DNA of 64,000 bases from an uncultured delta proteobacterium (lineage in GTDB: Bacteria; Myxococcota_A; Polyangia; Polyangiales; Polyangiaceae): the NCBI GenBank assembly GCA_963841435.1, contig CAWJCS010000005.1, positions 480,001 to 544,000 on the forward strand, given 5' to 3'. Below the pieces are notes generated by a model. The model did not search any database and was not told the origin of the DNA. It worked only from the letters and a program-made list of their open reading frames with translations. Made by a program: the position numbers and the translations under genes. How positions within the stretch are numbered: the stretch's first letter is position 1; the number at the start of each line of letters is the position of its first letter. This document shows, piece by piece, positions 30,962-40,777 of this stretch.

Positions 30962-33900
30962 ATGAACGCCCACTGCCCGCACTGCAATGTCGCGCTCACG
31001 CCGGGCGCCAAGTTCTGCTCGGAGTGCGGCGCCAAGCTGGGCCCGGGTACGTCGCGGCGGCCCGTGGCGCCGGGCGGCGAGCGGCGCCAGGTGACGATCC
31101 TCTTCGCCGACATCACGGGCTACACGCGACTCTCGTCCGAGATCGACCCCGAAGAGCTGCATGCGCTTTTGAACCGCTACTTCGAGCGCGTCAACGCGCT
31201 CGTGCGCGATTTCGGCGGCACCGTCGACAAGCACATCGGCGACGCCGTGATGGGTGTCTTCGGCGCGCCCGTGTCGCACGGTAACGACGCCGAGCGCGCG
31301 GTGCGCGCCGCCCTCGCCATTCACGACGCCATGCCGGCCCTGAGCCACGAGATCGGGCGGCCCCTCTCCGTGCACATCGGCGTGGCCAACGGCGAGGTCG
31401 TCGCTGCGACGAGCGGCAGCGAGGTGCACCGGGAATACACCGTGCTCGGCGACGCGGTGAACCTCGCGTCGCGCTTGGACGGACTGGCGGGCGCCGGCGA
31501 AACCGTGGTTTCCGCGGGGGTGCAGCGCGCCGTCGCGCGGCTTGTCGACGCCGAATCGGTGGGCGAGGTGAGCGTGAAGGGGCTTTCGGAGCCCGTGCGC
31601 GTCTACAAGGTGCGCGGCCTCGGACCCGCGCGCCCTCGCTTCCAAGCGCCGCTCGTGGGCCGGGACGGCGAGCTCGTCGCGTTTTCGCGGCTCGCCGCGT
31701 GCGCCGTCGACGAGAGCCGGGGCGCGGTGCTGTCACTCTGCGGCGAGCCGGGCGTCGGCAAGACGCGGCTCGTTGCCGAGATGTGCGAGCGCGGGACAGC
31801 GCGCGGGTTCGAGATCCACCAGGGTCTCGTGCTGGATTTCGGCACGAGCCGCGGCACCGATGCCGTGCGCGCCGTGGTGAAGAGCGCGCTCGGGCTGTCG
31901 CTCGACGCTTCGAGCGCGGAGCGCGACGCGTGCGCCCTGGAAGCGGAGCGCGCCGGCTCCTACACCGACGACGAGCTCGCGTGCCTCAACGACCTGCTCG
32001 ACCGTCCGCAGACGGCGGCGCTGCGCGGCCGCTACGACGCGCTGAGTGACGCCATGCGCGCCACGACGCGGGCGCGGGTGGTCGCCAGCGTCGTCGAGCG
32101 AGCGAGCCTACGCGCGCCGGCGCTCGTCGTCGTCGAGGACGTGCACTGGGCCGATCCGAGCACGCTCGTGGAGCTTGCCATGGTCGCTGCGAGCGCGCGC
32201 GCGGCGCGCATCCTGTTGCTCGTCACCGCGCGCAGCGAGGGAGACCCGCTCGACACGGCGTGGCTCGCCCGCACCGAAGGGGTCGCGTTCGAACGCATCG
32301 ACCTCTTGCCGCTCGACGCGAGCGCCGCCCAGAAGCTCGCCGAGCATCTCGGCGCGCCGGACTCGCGCAGGCTCCGGGCGTGCGTCGAGCGCTCGGGGGG
32401 CAATCCGCTGTTTCTCGAGCAGCTCCTCACGAGCGACACCGAGGGCGTGCTGCCCGATTCCGTCCAGAGCCTGGTGCAGGCCCGCATGGATCGCCTGGCA
32501 CCCGCCGACAAGCGAGCGCTCCAGGCCGCCGCCGTGATCGGCCAGCGTTTTTCGCTCGAGCTCGTGCGCCACCTGCTCGGCGAGCCGGAGTACGGCCCCG
32601 CCGGGCTCGTCGAGCGCGACCTCGTCCGGCCGGCGGGCGACGCCTGGCTCTTCGCGCACGCTCTCGTGCGCGACGGCGTCTACTCGTCGTTGCTCAAGCA
32701 GGCGCGGCGCGAGCTGCACAGGCGCGCTGCCACGTGGTTCGGCAGCTCGGACCCGGGACTGCGCGCCGAGCATCTCGATCGCGCCGAGGATCCCGCCGCG
32801 CCGAGCGCCTACGCCGCCGCTGCCGGGGAGCGCGTCGAGGCGCTCGACTACGACCGCGCGCTCGTCTTGCTCCGACGCGGCGCGGAGCTCGCAACGCGAC
32901 CCGAGGACGTGCACGCCCTCGCCCAGCGCGAAGGCGAGCTGATGCTTTACCGCGCCGAGCCCGACGCTGCGAAGGCAGCGTTCGAGCGGGCCCTCACGCA
33001 CGCCACGAGCGACCTTTCGCGCTGCCGCGCCTTCATCGGGCTCGCCGACGCGCACCGCATCGTGCAGGCCACCCCCGAGGGTCACGCGGCGCTCGACCAG
33101 GCACTCGCGCTCGTCGCGCAAAGCGGCATGGACAGCGAGCTTTCCCGCATCCACCGCATTCGCGGCTCGCTGCTTTTCACGCTGGGCAAAGACGGGCACG
33201 AGGAGCAGGAGCTCGCGCTCGAGCACGCCGTCAGCGCCGGCGACCTCGAGCTCGAAGCGCGCGCCTTGAGCTGCCTGGGTGACGCCTTTTATCTGCTCGG
33301 GCGCTCGCGCGTCGCGCACGACTACTTTCAACGCTGCATCGACCTCTGCCGCCGTCAGGGCCTGGGGCGCGTCGAGCTCTACCAGCACTACATGCTGGGC
33401 ATCACGCGCATGTTCATGGGCGACCTTCGCGGTGGGCTGCTCGCCGTCTTGCACGGGCTCGAGCTCGCGAGCCGCGCGGGACACCGCCGTGCCGAGATGA
33501 TCGCGCGCGAAAGCAAGTGCCTCATCCAGATCCAGATGGGCGCCTTCGAGGACGCACTCGCCGAGTCCGAGCTCGCGCTCGAGCTCGCGCGCGCCACCGG
33601 CTCGCGCATGTTCGAGGGCATGCTGCTCACCGAGCGCGCCGAAGCGCTCCTCATGCTCGGCCAAGAAGAGGCCGCGCGAAGGGACCTTTCGAGCTGCAAA
33701 GCCCTCGAGCCGGCTGCCGACTGGTGGTTGGTCGGCCCGCTTTCGTATTCGCTCGAGGTCTTTTTCGTCGCCGACGAGGCCGAGGCCGAACGCACCCTGT
33801 CGCTGGCCCAGCAAGGGCTGTCGGCGTCGCCGCGCGGGCTCATGGCGCTCTTTTTCCACGCGCGCGCCGCCGACGCCTGCCTCGCACGCGGCTACGTCAA

Positions 33901-34114
33901 TCTCGCGGAAAGCCAGGCCAAGCTCGCGCTCTCGAGCGCCGAAGACGCACCGCTCGTCAACCTCCTGGCCCGGCGCACGCTTGCGCTCGTCGAGCATCGC
34001 CGGGGCTCGCGCGATCCCGAGCTCATCGCGCGGCTCGCGGGTTACCGCAGCGAGGCGGAACGTATCGGCCTCGTGCCCACTGTCGCGCTCATCGACCGAG
34101 CGCTCGCGTCCTAG
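30962..34114 (+). CDS. Class III adenylate cyclase with Zn ribbon, STAND ATPase and TPR-like region
   Basis: CPHC..FCSECG; LFADITGYT, DKHIGDAVM, GDAVNLASRL; GEPGVGKT, EDVHWAD, GGNPLF. Confidence 0.9.
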   Translation: MNAHCPHCNVALTPGAKFCSECGAKLGPGTSRRPVAPGGERRQVTILFADITGYTRLSSEIDPEELHALLNRYFERVNALVRDFGGTVDKHIGDAVMGVFGAPVSHGNDAERAVRAALAIHDAMPALSHEIGRPLSVHIGVANGEVVAATSGSEVHREYTVLGDAVNLASRLDGLAGAGETVVSAGVQRAVARLVDAESVGEVSVKGLSEPVRVYKVRGLGPARPRFQAPLVGRDGELVAFSRLAACAVDESRGAVLSLCGEPGVGKTRLVAEMCERGTARGFEIHQGLVLDFGTSRGTDAVRAVVKSALGLSLDASSAERDACALEAERAGSYTDDELACLNDLLDRPQTAALRGRYDALSDAMRATTRARVVASVVERASLRAPALVVVEDVHWADPSTLVELAMVAASARAARILLLVTARSEGDPLDTAWLARTEGVAFERIDLLPLDASAAQKLAEHLGAPDSRRLRACVERSGGNPLFLEQLLTSDTEGVLPDSVQSLVQARMDRLAPADKRALQAAAVIGQRFSLELVRHLLGEPEYGPAGLVERDLVRPAGDAWLFAHALVRDGVYSSLLKQARRELHRRAATWFGSSDPGLRAEHLDRAEDPAAPSAYAAAAGERVEALDYDRALVLLRRGAELATRPEDVHALAQREGELMLYRAEPDAAKAAFERALTHATSDLSRCRAFIGLADAHRIVQATPEGHAALDQALALVAQSGMDSELSRIHRIRGSLLFTLGKDGHEEQELALEHAVSAGDLELEARALSCLGDAFYLLGRSRVAHDYFQRCIDLCRRQGLGRVELYQHYMLGITRMFMGDLRGGLLAVLHGLELASRAGHRRAEMIARESKCLIQIQMGAFEDALAESELALELARATGSRMFEGMLLTERAEALLMLGQEEAARRDLSSCKALEPAADWWLVGPLSYSLEVFFVADEAEAERTLSLAQQGLSASPRGLMALFFHARAADACLARGYVNLAESQAKLALSSAEDAPLVNLLARRTLALVEHRRGSRDPELIARLAGYRSEAERIGLVPTVALIDRALAS

Positions 34115-35902
34115 GCGCGACCCTGCCGCACCCTCCAGAACCGGCAGACGACGAGCAAGCCGAGCACGACGAGGAACGACGGCACGCCGCTCGTACCGCT
34201 CGCGCCTGGAACGACGGCGCAGCCACCGCGCGACTTCGCGTGGCTCCCCGACGGCGCTGCCGCCGCCGGCCGAGCGCTCGAAATGGGCGGCTCGGGCGCC
34301 TTTTCTCGCGACGGGAGCTTCTCGAAATCTGCACCGAGCTCGGGCAACGGCAGCTCGAGCACGTCGGTGAGGAGCGCACGGTCGCGTGATTTTTCGGGAA
34401 GATCGAGCGCCAGCGGGACGGCACGGGCGGCGCGCGCTGCCGACGGCCAGGGCTTGCCCCAGCGAAAACGCACGGGAGCCGTGCAGTCGGTCGGGCCGAG
34501 GAACGGGTGAAACGCGGCGAAGCGCACCTCGAGCGCGTTGTCTTTCGCGGGCGTCGCGGGCCCCTTTAGCGCGCCGTTCGCGCCCGAGGGGACGCCGGAG
34601 CCCCCGCCCACGGGCGGCGCTGGGCCGAGCGTCACGTCGCGGGGCAGCGCGTCGGGCGCATAGCGATAATGCAGGCGCGACACGACGTACGTCTGGCGCG
34701 CCATGAGCGCGCGGCGCCGCGCGATCTCGACGCGGTCCTTCGCGTGCTCACGTCGCGCGCGCGGTCGTTCGGTCGGGGCGAGCGCCTCGAGCTGGTCGTC
34801 GAAGGCGCGGCGCTCGCTCGCCGTTTCCCGGGCGGCCGGCGGGACGCGCTCCTTGTCCGTCGTCGTGCGCGCCTCCATGACATCGCCGCCGAGCGTCAAA
34901 AGCTCGTCGAGCCCGAGCGGGGCGTCGGGGCAAGGCTCGCCGCAGCCCATGCTGGGCCAGGCATACTCGGCGACGAACGCACGCGGATGCCGCGCGACGA
35001 GCGCGTCGAAAAGGGCGTTGTATGCGCCGGCCACGCGCGCCGCGGCGCCCTCGCGGACGACGAGCGAGCTCGGTGGCAAGACCGTTTCGTAGCTCTTCGC
35101 TTCGTAGCGCGACTCACGGTCGAGGACGTAGACGAAGAGGTCCTGCACGCCGGGTGAATGACGCGTCCCGAGCGTCGAAGCGATGGGCGGAAGCGGCCGA
35201 TGCGACACGTAGCGGATGCCGCCGAGCTCCACTCGGTTCTTACCCTTGAGCTCGACGTGCTCGAGCGACACCCTGGCGAGCAGCAGGCGCTTTTGGGGGC
35301 CGACGTAGGGCGCGAGCGCGGCGAGCGCCTCGTCCGCAACGTCGTACTCTCGCTTCGTGAGCGCTTCGCGCAGGCGCTCGAGGCTCTCGCCGGAAAGGAG
35401 CTCGTACGAAAACTCGCTCTCCTTTGCCTTGAACGAAGGCTCGACAGCGAGCGAAAGCTCGTTCGAGACCGCGTAGCGCCGGTCGAGCGGCGGCAGCCAA
35501 TCGGGCGTCAAGAAGCCGCGCCCGCGCGCGGGGTGTCGCTCGTCCCAGGACTGCTCAGAAGCGCCCGTCTCGCAGGGATCCTTTTCGTAGAAGGCATGAA
35601 AACGCGGCGCGCTGGTTTCCTCGAGCCGGGAAATCAGCCGGCGCTTCACCGTCTCCACGTGCCCCGCGTCCACGTCGCCGGGCACGGGCAAGAGGAAAGC
35701 GAACGGCGTGAGCGGCCCCTCGTAGTCGGCCGCCACGGTCACGACGACGTAGCCACGATGCTCGAGCACGACGACTTCCGTCGTCGGCACGTGCCGCACG
35801 GCGCGATCCTTCGCGATGACCACGCCCGGAAACGCCAGCAAAGGCGGTGCCGCGAGCAGTAAAAGCACGGCGAAGAGCAGCGCGACACAGGGCGCGCCGC
35901 AA
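34111..35902 (-). CDS. DUF2330-like exported protein with MYXO-CTERM-like tail (start uncertain)
   Basis: Signal ..LLAAPPLLA/FPG, FAFLLPVP, SAPR, EYAW, CGEPC, VVSRLH; C-terminal GGCAV+TM+Arg tail; TTG start at 35902 requires a 1-nt shift. Confidence 0.7.
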
Positions 35903-35947
35903 CGACCGAGCGCGGGCCGACCGGCGGCAGCGGCGCCGCCCGGCGCG

Positions 35948-36649
35948 CTATTCGTCTTCGAGCATACCGATCTTGGCGTCGTACTGCATCGGCCCCTGCT
36001 CGGGGTCGTTGACGACGATCGTGTAGTCGTTCGGCAGAGCAATCGACAGCGTGCGCGGCACGCGCGCCATGGGCGCGATACCCTTGTCCTTGCCGATCAG
36101 GTTCAGCTTGATGCTGTCGTTCGTCTCCTCTCCGGGCTGGTACTGCACCTTGTGCCACTTCAGGAGATTGCCCTTGTAGCGGTTGTATGTAACCCACCAA
36201 AGCGCCCCCGAAGACTCCTTGATGAAGCGCACGGATTCGACGGCTACCTTGCCGCGCGCCTTCTCCATGCACGCCGCCATCTCGCGCGGCGCATCCTGTG
36301 CTTCCTCGGCGCAGCGCTCGCGTGCGGCCTGACCGACGGCGGACTCCTTGAAGTTGAACATGTAGACGAGGTTCGGGCCCGTGATGAGCTCGGCAGGCGG
36401 GCGGCTCGGCTTCCTGAGCCCGTCGGCGCGCGGATCGGCCTCGGACGGCTCCGACGCCGTGGCCGCTCGTGTTTCCGCCTGGGCTGGCTTCGGGTCGGGT
36501 TTCGCGGCGTGAGCGACGGCCTTTTCGGGCGTCGCGGGGGGCTTTTCCGGCGCGGCGGCGCAGCCGGGGGCGAGAGAGGCGAGAATGAGGGCTTGGGGCA
36601 ACGTGGGGAACGTGGGGAACGTGGGGAACGTGGGGAACGTGATTCGCAT
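35948..36649 (-). CDS. Hypothetical lipoprotein
   Basis: Signal peptide ending LAPGC, Pro/Ala linker, globular C-terminal domain with normal codon usage. Confidence 0.7.
   Translation of the reverse strand: MRITFPTFPTFPTFPTLPQALILASLAPGCAAAPEKPPATPEKAVAHAAKPDPKPAQAETRAATASEPSEADPRADGLRKPSRPPAELITGPNLVYMFNFKESAVGQAARERCAEEAQDAPREMAACMEKARGKVAVESVRFIKESSGALWWVTYNRYKGNLLKWHKVQYQPGEETNDSIKLNLIGKDKGIAPMARVPRTLSIALPNDYTIVVNDPEQGPMQYDAKIGMLEDE
36600..36641. repeat. 9-bp tandem repeat (AACGTGGGG)x4.7
   Basis: Directly visible; encodes (TFP)n at the lipoprotein N-terminus. Confidence 0.9.
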
Positions 36650-36834
36650 GAGCCTTTGGTTCGACCTCGGCCGGCGGGCGCCGAGGGCTCCTTCGACCAC
36701 TACTACGGCGCGAAACCTTCGTGCTTGAAGCGGAGACCACGAGAAAGGTGGGAGGTTCGCGGCGTTTGGGAGCCGCTTTGCCCACGCGCGCCCACCTCGC
36801 CCGCGCGCTGGGGTGGTTTTGCTACGCTTCGAGC

Positions 36835-38265
36835 ATGCTGCTCGGTCGCCCCGACCTGCCCCGACCGTCCGAGAGTGCGCGGGAAAAAGCACTCCTGCTA
36901 CTCGAACGCGCGCTCGGGCCTTCGAAAGTCCTCACGGGCGACGACAAGGTGCACGCCTACGCGCGCGACGAGTCGGAGGCAGAGGGCACCGGTCCCGATG
37001 CCGTCGTTCTCGCCGAAACCGCCGAGGACGTCCTCGCGGCGCTCGGCGTCGCCCGCGAGGCGAACGTGCCGATCACGCCCCGCGCCGGCGGCACCGGCCG
37101 CACGGGAGGCGCCGTGCCCGTCGCGGGGGGCATCGTGCTCGCCACGATGGGCATGAACGCCATCAAGGACATCGACCGACAGAACGGAATCGCCGTGGTC
37201 GGGCCGGGCGTCGTGCTCGCTGATCTCCACGCCGCCGTCGAGGCCGAAGGCTGGTTCTACCCGCCGGATCCGAACTCGCTCGCGACCTGCTGCCTCGGCG
37301 GCAACGTCGCCGAGAACGCGGGTGGCCCCCGCGCCTTCAAGTACGGCGTGACGCGCGACTGGGTGCTCGGCGTCGAAGCGTTCCTGATCGGAGGCCAGCG
37401 ATTCTTCGCGGGGCGGCGCACCACGAAGGGCGTGACGGGCTACGACGTGACGGGGCTACTCGTCGGCAGCGAAGGCACGCTCGCGGTGTTCGGCGACATC
37501 ACGCTGCAGCTCATGCCGAAGCCGCCCGAGGTGATGACGCTGCTCGTGCTCTTCGACGACGTGCGTGCCGCGGGCGAGGCCGTTCAGTCCGCGATCGGGC
37601 AAGGGCTCGTGCCACGCTGTGTCGAGCTGCTCGACGCCGCCACGCTCGACGCCATGCGCCGTGCCGGCAACGCCATCGACGACCGCGCGGGGGCGATGCT
37701 GCTCGTCGAAGTCGACGGCGACACCACGGCGTGCGAGCGGCAAGCCGAGCGCTTCGCGGCCGCCGCCGAAACCGCAGGGGCCCTCGAGGTGCTCGTGGCG
37801 CAGGACGCGAGCCAGCGCGAGAGGCTCTGGTCCGCTCGCCGCGACATGAGCCACGCCGTGCGCAAGCTCACGAAGAAGAAACTCAGCGAGGACGTCGTCG
37901 TGCCGCGCAGCCGCATCGTCGAGCTACTCGACACGGTGCGCGTCCTCGGCGAGAGCGAGCGCGTGAAAATGCTCACCTACGGGCACGCCGGTGACGGCAA
38001 CCTGCACGTCAACTTCCTCTGGGACGACGACGCCGAGGTGCCGGCCGTCGAGCGTGCCATCGAAGCGCTGTTCCGCGAGGTCATCCGGCTCGGCGGCACG
38101 CTGAGCGGTGAGCACGGTATCGGCGTGCTCAAGGCGCCCTACCTACCGCTCGAGCAGTCGCCGGAGCTCATCACGCTTCAGCGCGACTTGAAGCGCGTGT
38201 TCGACCCGGGCGACCTTTTGAACCCGGGCAAGATCTTCCCGAGCGGCGCGCACCGCGCCTGCTGA
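36835..38265 (+). CDS. FAD-linked oxidase, GlcD/D-lactate dehydrogenase family
   Basis: PRAGGTG..GG, YPPDPNS, GGNVAENAGG, GSEGTL, GHAGDGNLH, SGEHGIG, LNPGK. Confidence 0.88.
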   Translation: MLLGRPDLPRPSESAREKALLLLERALGPSKVLTGDDKVHAYARDESEAEGTGPDAVVLAETAEDVLAALGVAREANVPITPRAGGTGRTGGAVPVAGGIVLATMGMNAIKDIDRQNGIAVVGPGVVLADLHAAVEAEGWFYPPDPNSLATCCLGGNVAENAGGPRAFKYGVTRDWVLGVEAFLIGGQRFFAGRRTTKGVTGYDVTGLLVGSEGTLAVFGDITLQLMPKPPEVMTLLVLFDDVRAAGEAVQSAIGQGLVPRCVELLDAATLDAMRRAGNAIDDRAGAMLLVEVDGDTTACERQAERFAAAAETAGALEVLVAQDASQRERLWSARRDMSHAVRKLTKKKLSEDVVVPRSRIVELLDTVRVLGESERVKMLTYGHAGDGNLHVNFLWDDDAEVPAVERAIEALFREVIRLGGTLSGEHGIGVLKAPYLPLEQSPELITLQRDLKRVFDPGDLLNPGKIFPSGAHRAC

Positions 38266-38277
38266 CGGCCGAGACGC

Positions 38278-38991
38278 ATGGCTGAGCGTCGTCGCCCCGC
38301 GCTGATCCCCCCGGGCGGGCCGCTCGTTTTTCCGAAACCGGAGCAGGCCGACAAGGATGGCCTGGTGGCCGTGGGCGGGGACCTCGAGCCCGAGCGCCTG
38401 CTTCTCGCGTACGAACGGGGGATTTTTCCCTGGTATGGCGAGCGGCTGCCGCCCCTGTGGTGGAGCCCCGATCCGCGCGCGCTCATCGACGAAACGTCGC
38501 TCCATGTTTCGCGTCGCTTCGCCCGCGAGCTCGGGCAACGGCGCTTCGAGGTGACGTTCGACCGGGCATTTTCGCGCGTCATGGAGGAATGCGGGCGCGA
38601 GCGCGGCGACGGAACCTGGATCTTGCCGGAAATGCTGCACGCCTACACACGCCTTCACGAGCTCGGCCACGCGCACAGCTTCGAAGTGTGGCGCGACGGG
38701 GCCCTCGTCGGCGGGCTCTACGGCGTGCACCGCGGCTCCCTGTTTGCTGCAGAAAGCATGTTCCATCGAGAAACCTCCGCGTCGAAGGTGGCGCTCGTCG
38801 CGGCGGTTCGGAGCTTGTTCGGCGCAGGTATCACGCTGTTCGACGTGCAGTTCTTGACGCCCCATCTTGCCTCGATGGGCGCCTACGAGGTGTCGCGCGA
38901 CGAGTACCTGTCGCGCGTGCGAAGAGCGACCCAAAGCGCGGTCCCGCTCCGAAACCTGGAGCTCGTAGGCCTTGGCGGGCCAGATGCATGA
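38278..38991 (+). CDS. aat: Leucyl/phenylalanyl-tRNA--protein transferase
   Basis: GLVAVGGDL, AYERGIFPW, WWSPDPR, TWI, AHSFEVW, GGLYG, ESMF, SKVA. Confidence 0.93.
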   Translation: MAERRRPALIPPGGPLVFPKPEQADKDGLVAVGGDLEPERLLLAYERGIFPWYGERLPPLWWSPDPRALIDETSLHVSRRFARELGQRRFEVTFDRAFSRVMEECGRERGDGTWILPEMLHAYTRLHELGHAHSFEVWRDGALVGGLYGVHRGSLFAAESMFHRETSASKVALVAAVRSLFGAGITLFDVQFLTPHLASMGAYEVSRDEYLSRVRRATQSAVPLRNLELVGLGGPDA

Positions 38992-39063
38992 CCTGTTCCG
39001 CCTGGCTTATGCTACCTAGTCCTTTGCCGAGCGTCGCTCGGCCTTACGCGAAAGGACACCCCC

Positions 39064-39765
39064 ATGAGGACCCTGCTTTTTCCGACGCTCGCTGCTCTCG
39101 CCCTGTCGCTGCCGCTCGGTACGGCATGCAGCAGTGGTGACGACGACACGAACGCAACCGGAGGTGGGGCGGGCACGGGCGGTGCGACCGGCGGCTCGAG
39201 CGGCGCCGGCTCAGGAACGGGCGGCACCGCGGGCGTTGGCGGCAGCTCGGGCACGAGTGGCACCTCCGGTTCCGGTGGCACTGCAGGCGCAGGCGGCGCG
39301 GCGGGCACGGCAGGCACGGCGGGCAGCGCCGGCTCCGGTGCGACCGAGTCGCCGAGCGATACGTCCCAGGCCGGCCTCGAGGCGTTCCTCGACGCCATGA
39401 TGTACACGGGCGCCGACTGGGTGAGCGGCACGGATGCGATAAACCCCGACAGCGGGTCGCTGCACGGCGCGGATCGCATCTACTACAACAAGACGATGCG
39501 CCAAGACCACGCCGCCAGCACCACTCCGGCGACGGCCGGCAGCATGGCCGTCAAGGAGATCTACACCGGCACCACGATGATCGGCCGGGCCGCCATGCTC
39601 CGCACCAGCGCCAACCAGTGGATCTACTACTGCAAGGCCGGCGAGGCGGGCCGCTGTGCATCGACCTCGATGCCCGACATGGCCATCTACGGCACGAGCG
39701 CGAGCAGCTGCGCCTGCCACGGCTCGGGGACCATCAACAGCGCCGCCATGATCCCCCCGCCCTGA
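39064..39765 (+). CDS. Lipoprotein with Gly-rich linker and cytochrome P460-like C-terminal domain
   Basis: Lipobox GTAC; GSMAVKE..AAM..WIYY..CACH pattern. Confidence 0.55.
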   Translation: MRTLLFPTLAALALSLPLGTACSSGDDDTNATGGGAGTGGATGGSSGAGSGTGGTAGVGGSSGTSGTSGSGGTAGAGGAAGTAGTAGSAGSGATESPSDTSQAGLEAFLDAMMYTGADWVSGTDAINPDSGSLHGADRIYYNKTMRQDHAASTTPATAGSMAVKEIYTGTTMIGRAAMLRTSANQWIYYCKAGEAGRCASTSMPDMAIYGTSASSCACHGSGTINSAAMIPPP

Positions 39766-39784
39766 TGAAATTTTCCGAATTTCA
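39766..39784. promoter_or_regulatory. AT-rich inverted repeat upstream of cysD
   Basis: TGAAATT-TTCCG-AATTTCA, perfect 7-bp arms. Confidence 0.4.
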
Positions 39785-39841
39785 ATAACTTGCAGGTACC
39801 CGACCTACCCGATTGATTGAGTGCTACAAAGTCGGGCGCCC

Positions 39842-40777
39842 ATGCCGCCCGACAGCACGGCCGAACGGCTCCTCGATCATCGACTGAGCCACCTTCGAGC
39901 TCTCGAGTCCGAGAGCATCCACATCCTGCGCGAGGTCGCCGCGGAGTTCGAGCATCCCGTGATGCTCTACTCGATCGGCAAGGACTCCTCCGTGATGCTG
40001 CATCTCGCGAGGAAGGCCTTTCACCGCGGCAAGCTGCCCTTCCCGCTGCTCCACATCGACACGACGTGGAAGTTCAAGGCGATGATCGAGTTCCGCGATC
40101 GCACCGCGAAGGAGCTCGGCCTCGACCTCAAGGTGCACACCAACCAGCAGGGGGTCGCCGACAACATCAACCCCTTCGACCACGGTAGCAACAAGTACAC
40201 GCAGGTCATGAAGACGCAGGCGCTGCTGCAAGCGCTCGCGCTCGGGGGTTACGACGCTGCTTTCGGCGGCGCGCGGCGCGACGAGGAGCGCTCGCGCGCC
40301 AAGGAGCGCATCTACTCGTTCCGTGATCGCTACGGGCAGTGGGATCCGAAGAACCAGCGCCCCGAGCTCTGGAACCTCTACAACGCCAAGCTCAACAAGG
40401 GCGAGAGCATCCGGGCCTTCCCGCTCTCGAACTGGACCGAGCTCGACATCTGGCTCTACATCTACCTCGAGAGCATCCCGATCGTGCCGCTCTACTACGC
40501 CGCGCCGCGCCCGGTCGTCGAGCGCCAGGGCACGCTGCTCATGGTGGACGACGAGCGCATCCCGCTCCGCCCGGGCGAGAAACCACGCACCGAGGTCGTG
40601 CGCTTCCGCACGCTCGGCTGCTACCCGCTCACGGGCGCCATCCGCTCGAACGCCACGACTCTGCCGGAAATCATCCGCGAAATGCTGCTCACCAAGTATT
40701 CCGAACGCCAGGGCCGGCTCATCGACTTCGACGAGGAAGGCTCGATGGAGACCAAGAAGCGCGAGGGGTACTTCTGA
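39842..40777 (+). CDS. cysD: Sulfate adenylyltransferase subunit 2
   Basis: [38 protein letters not shown]. Confidence 0.95.
   Translation: MPPDSTAERLLDHRLSHLRALESESIHILREVAAEFEHPVMLYSIGKDSSVMLHLARKAFHRGKLPFPLLHIDTTWKFKAMIEFRDRTAKELGLDLKVHTNQQGVADNINPFDHGSNKYTQVMKTQALLQALALGGYDAAFGGARRDEERSRAKERIYSFRDRYGQWDPKNQRPELWNLYNAKLNKGESIRAFPLSNWTELDIWLYIYLESIPIVPLYYAAPRPVVERQGTLLMVDDERIPLRPGEKPRTEVVRFRTLGCYPLTGAIRSNATTLPEIIREMLLTKYSERQGRLIDFDEEGSMETKKREGYF

Noticed and set aside
30962-34114. STAND cyclase as an Avs-like antiphage system
   Set aside because: Zn-ribbon-cyclase-AAA-TPR proteins are common myxobacterial signalling proteins, and there is no defence-island context
40339-40776. N-terminal extension of CysN overlapping cysD
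   Set aside because: Shadow frame; CysN starts at 40777
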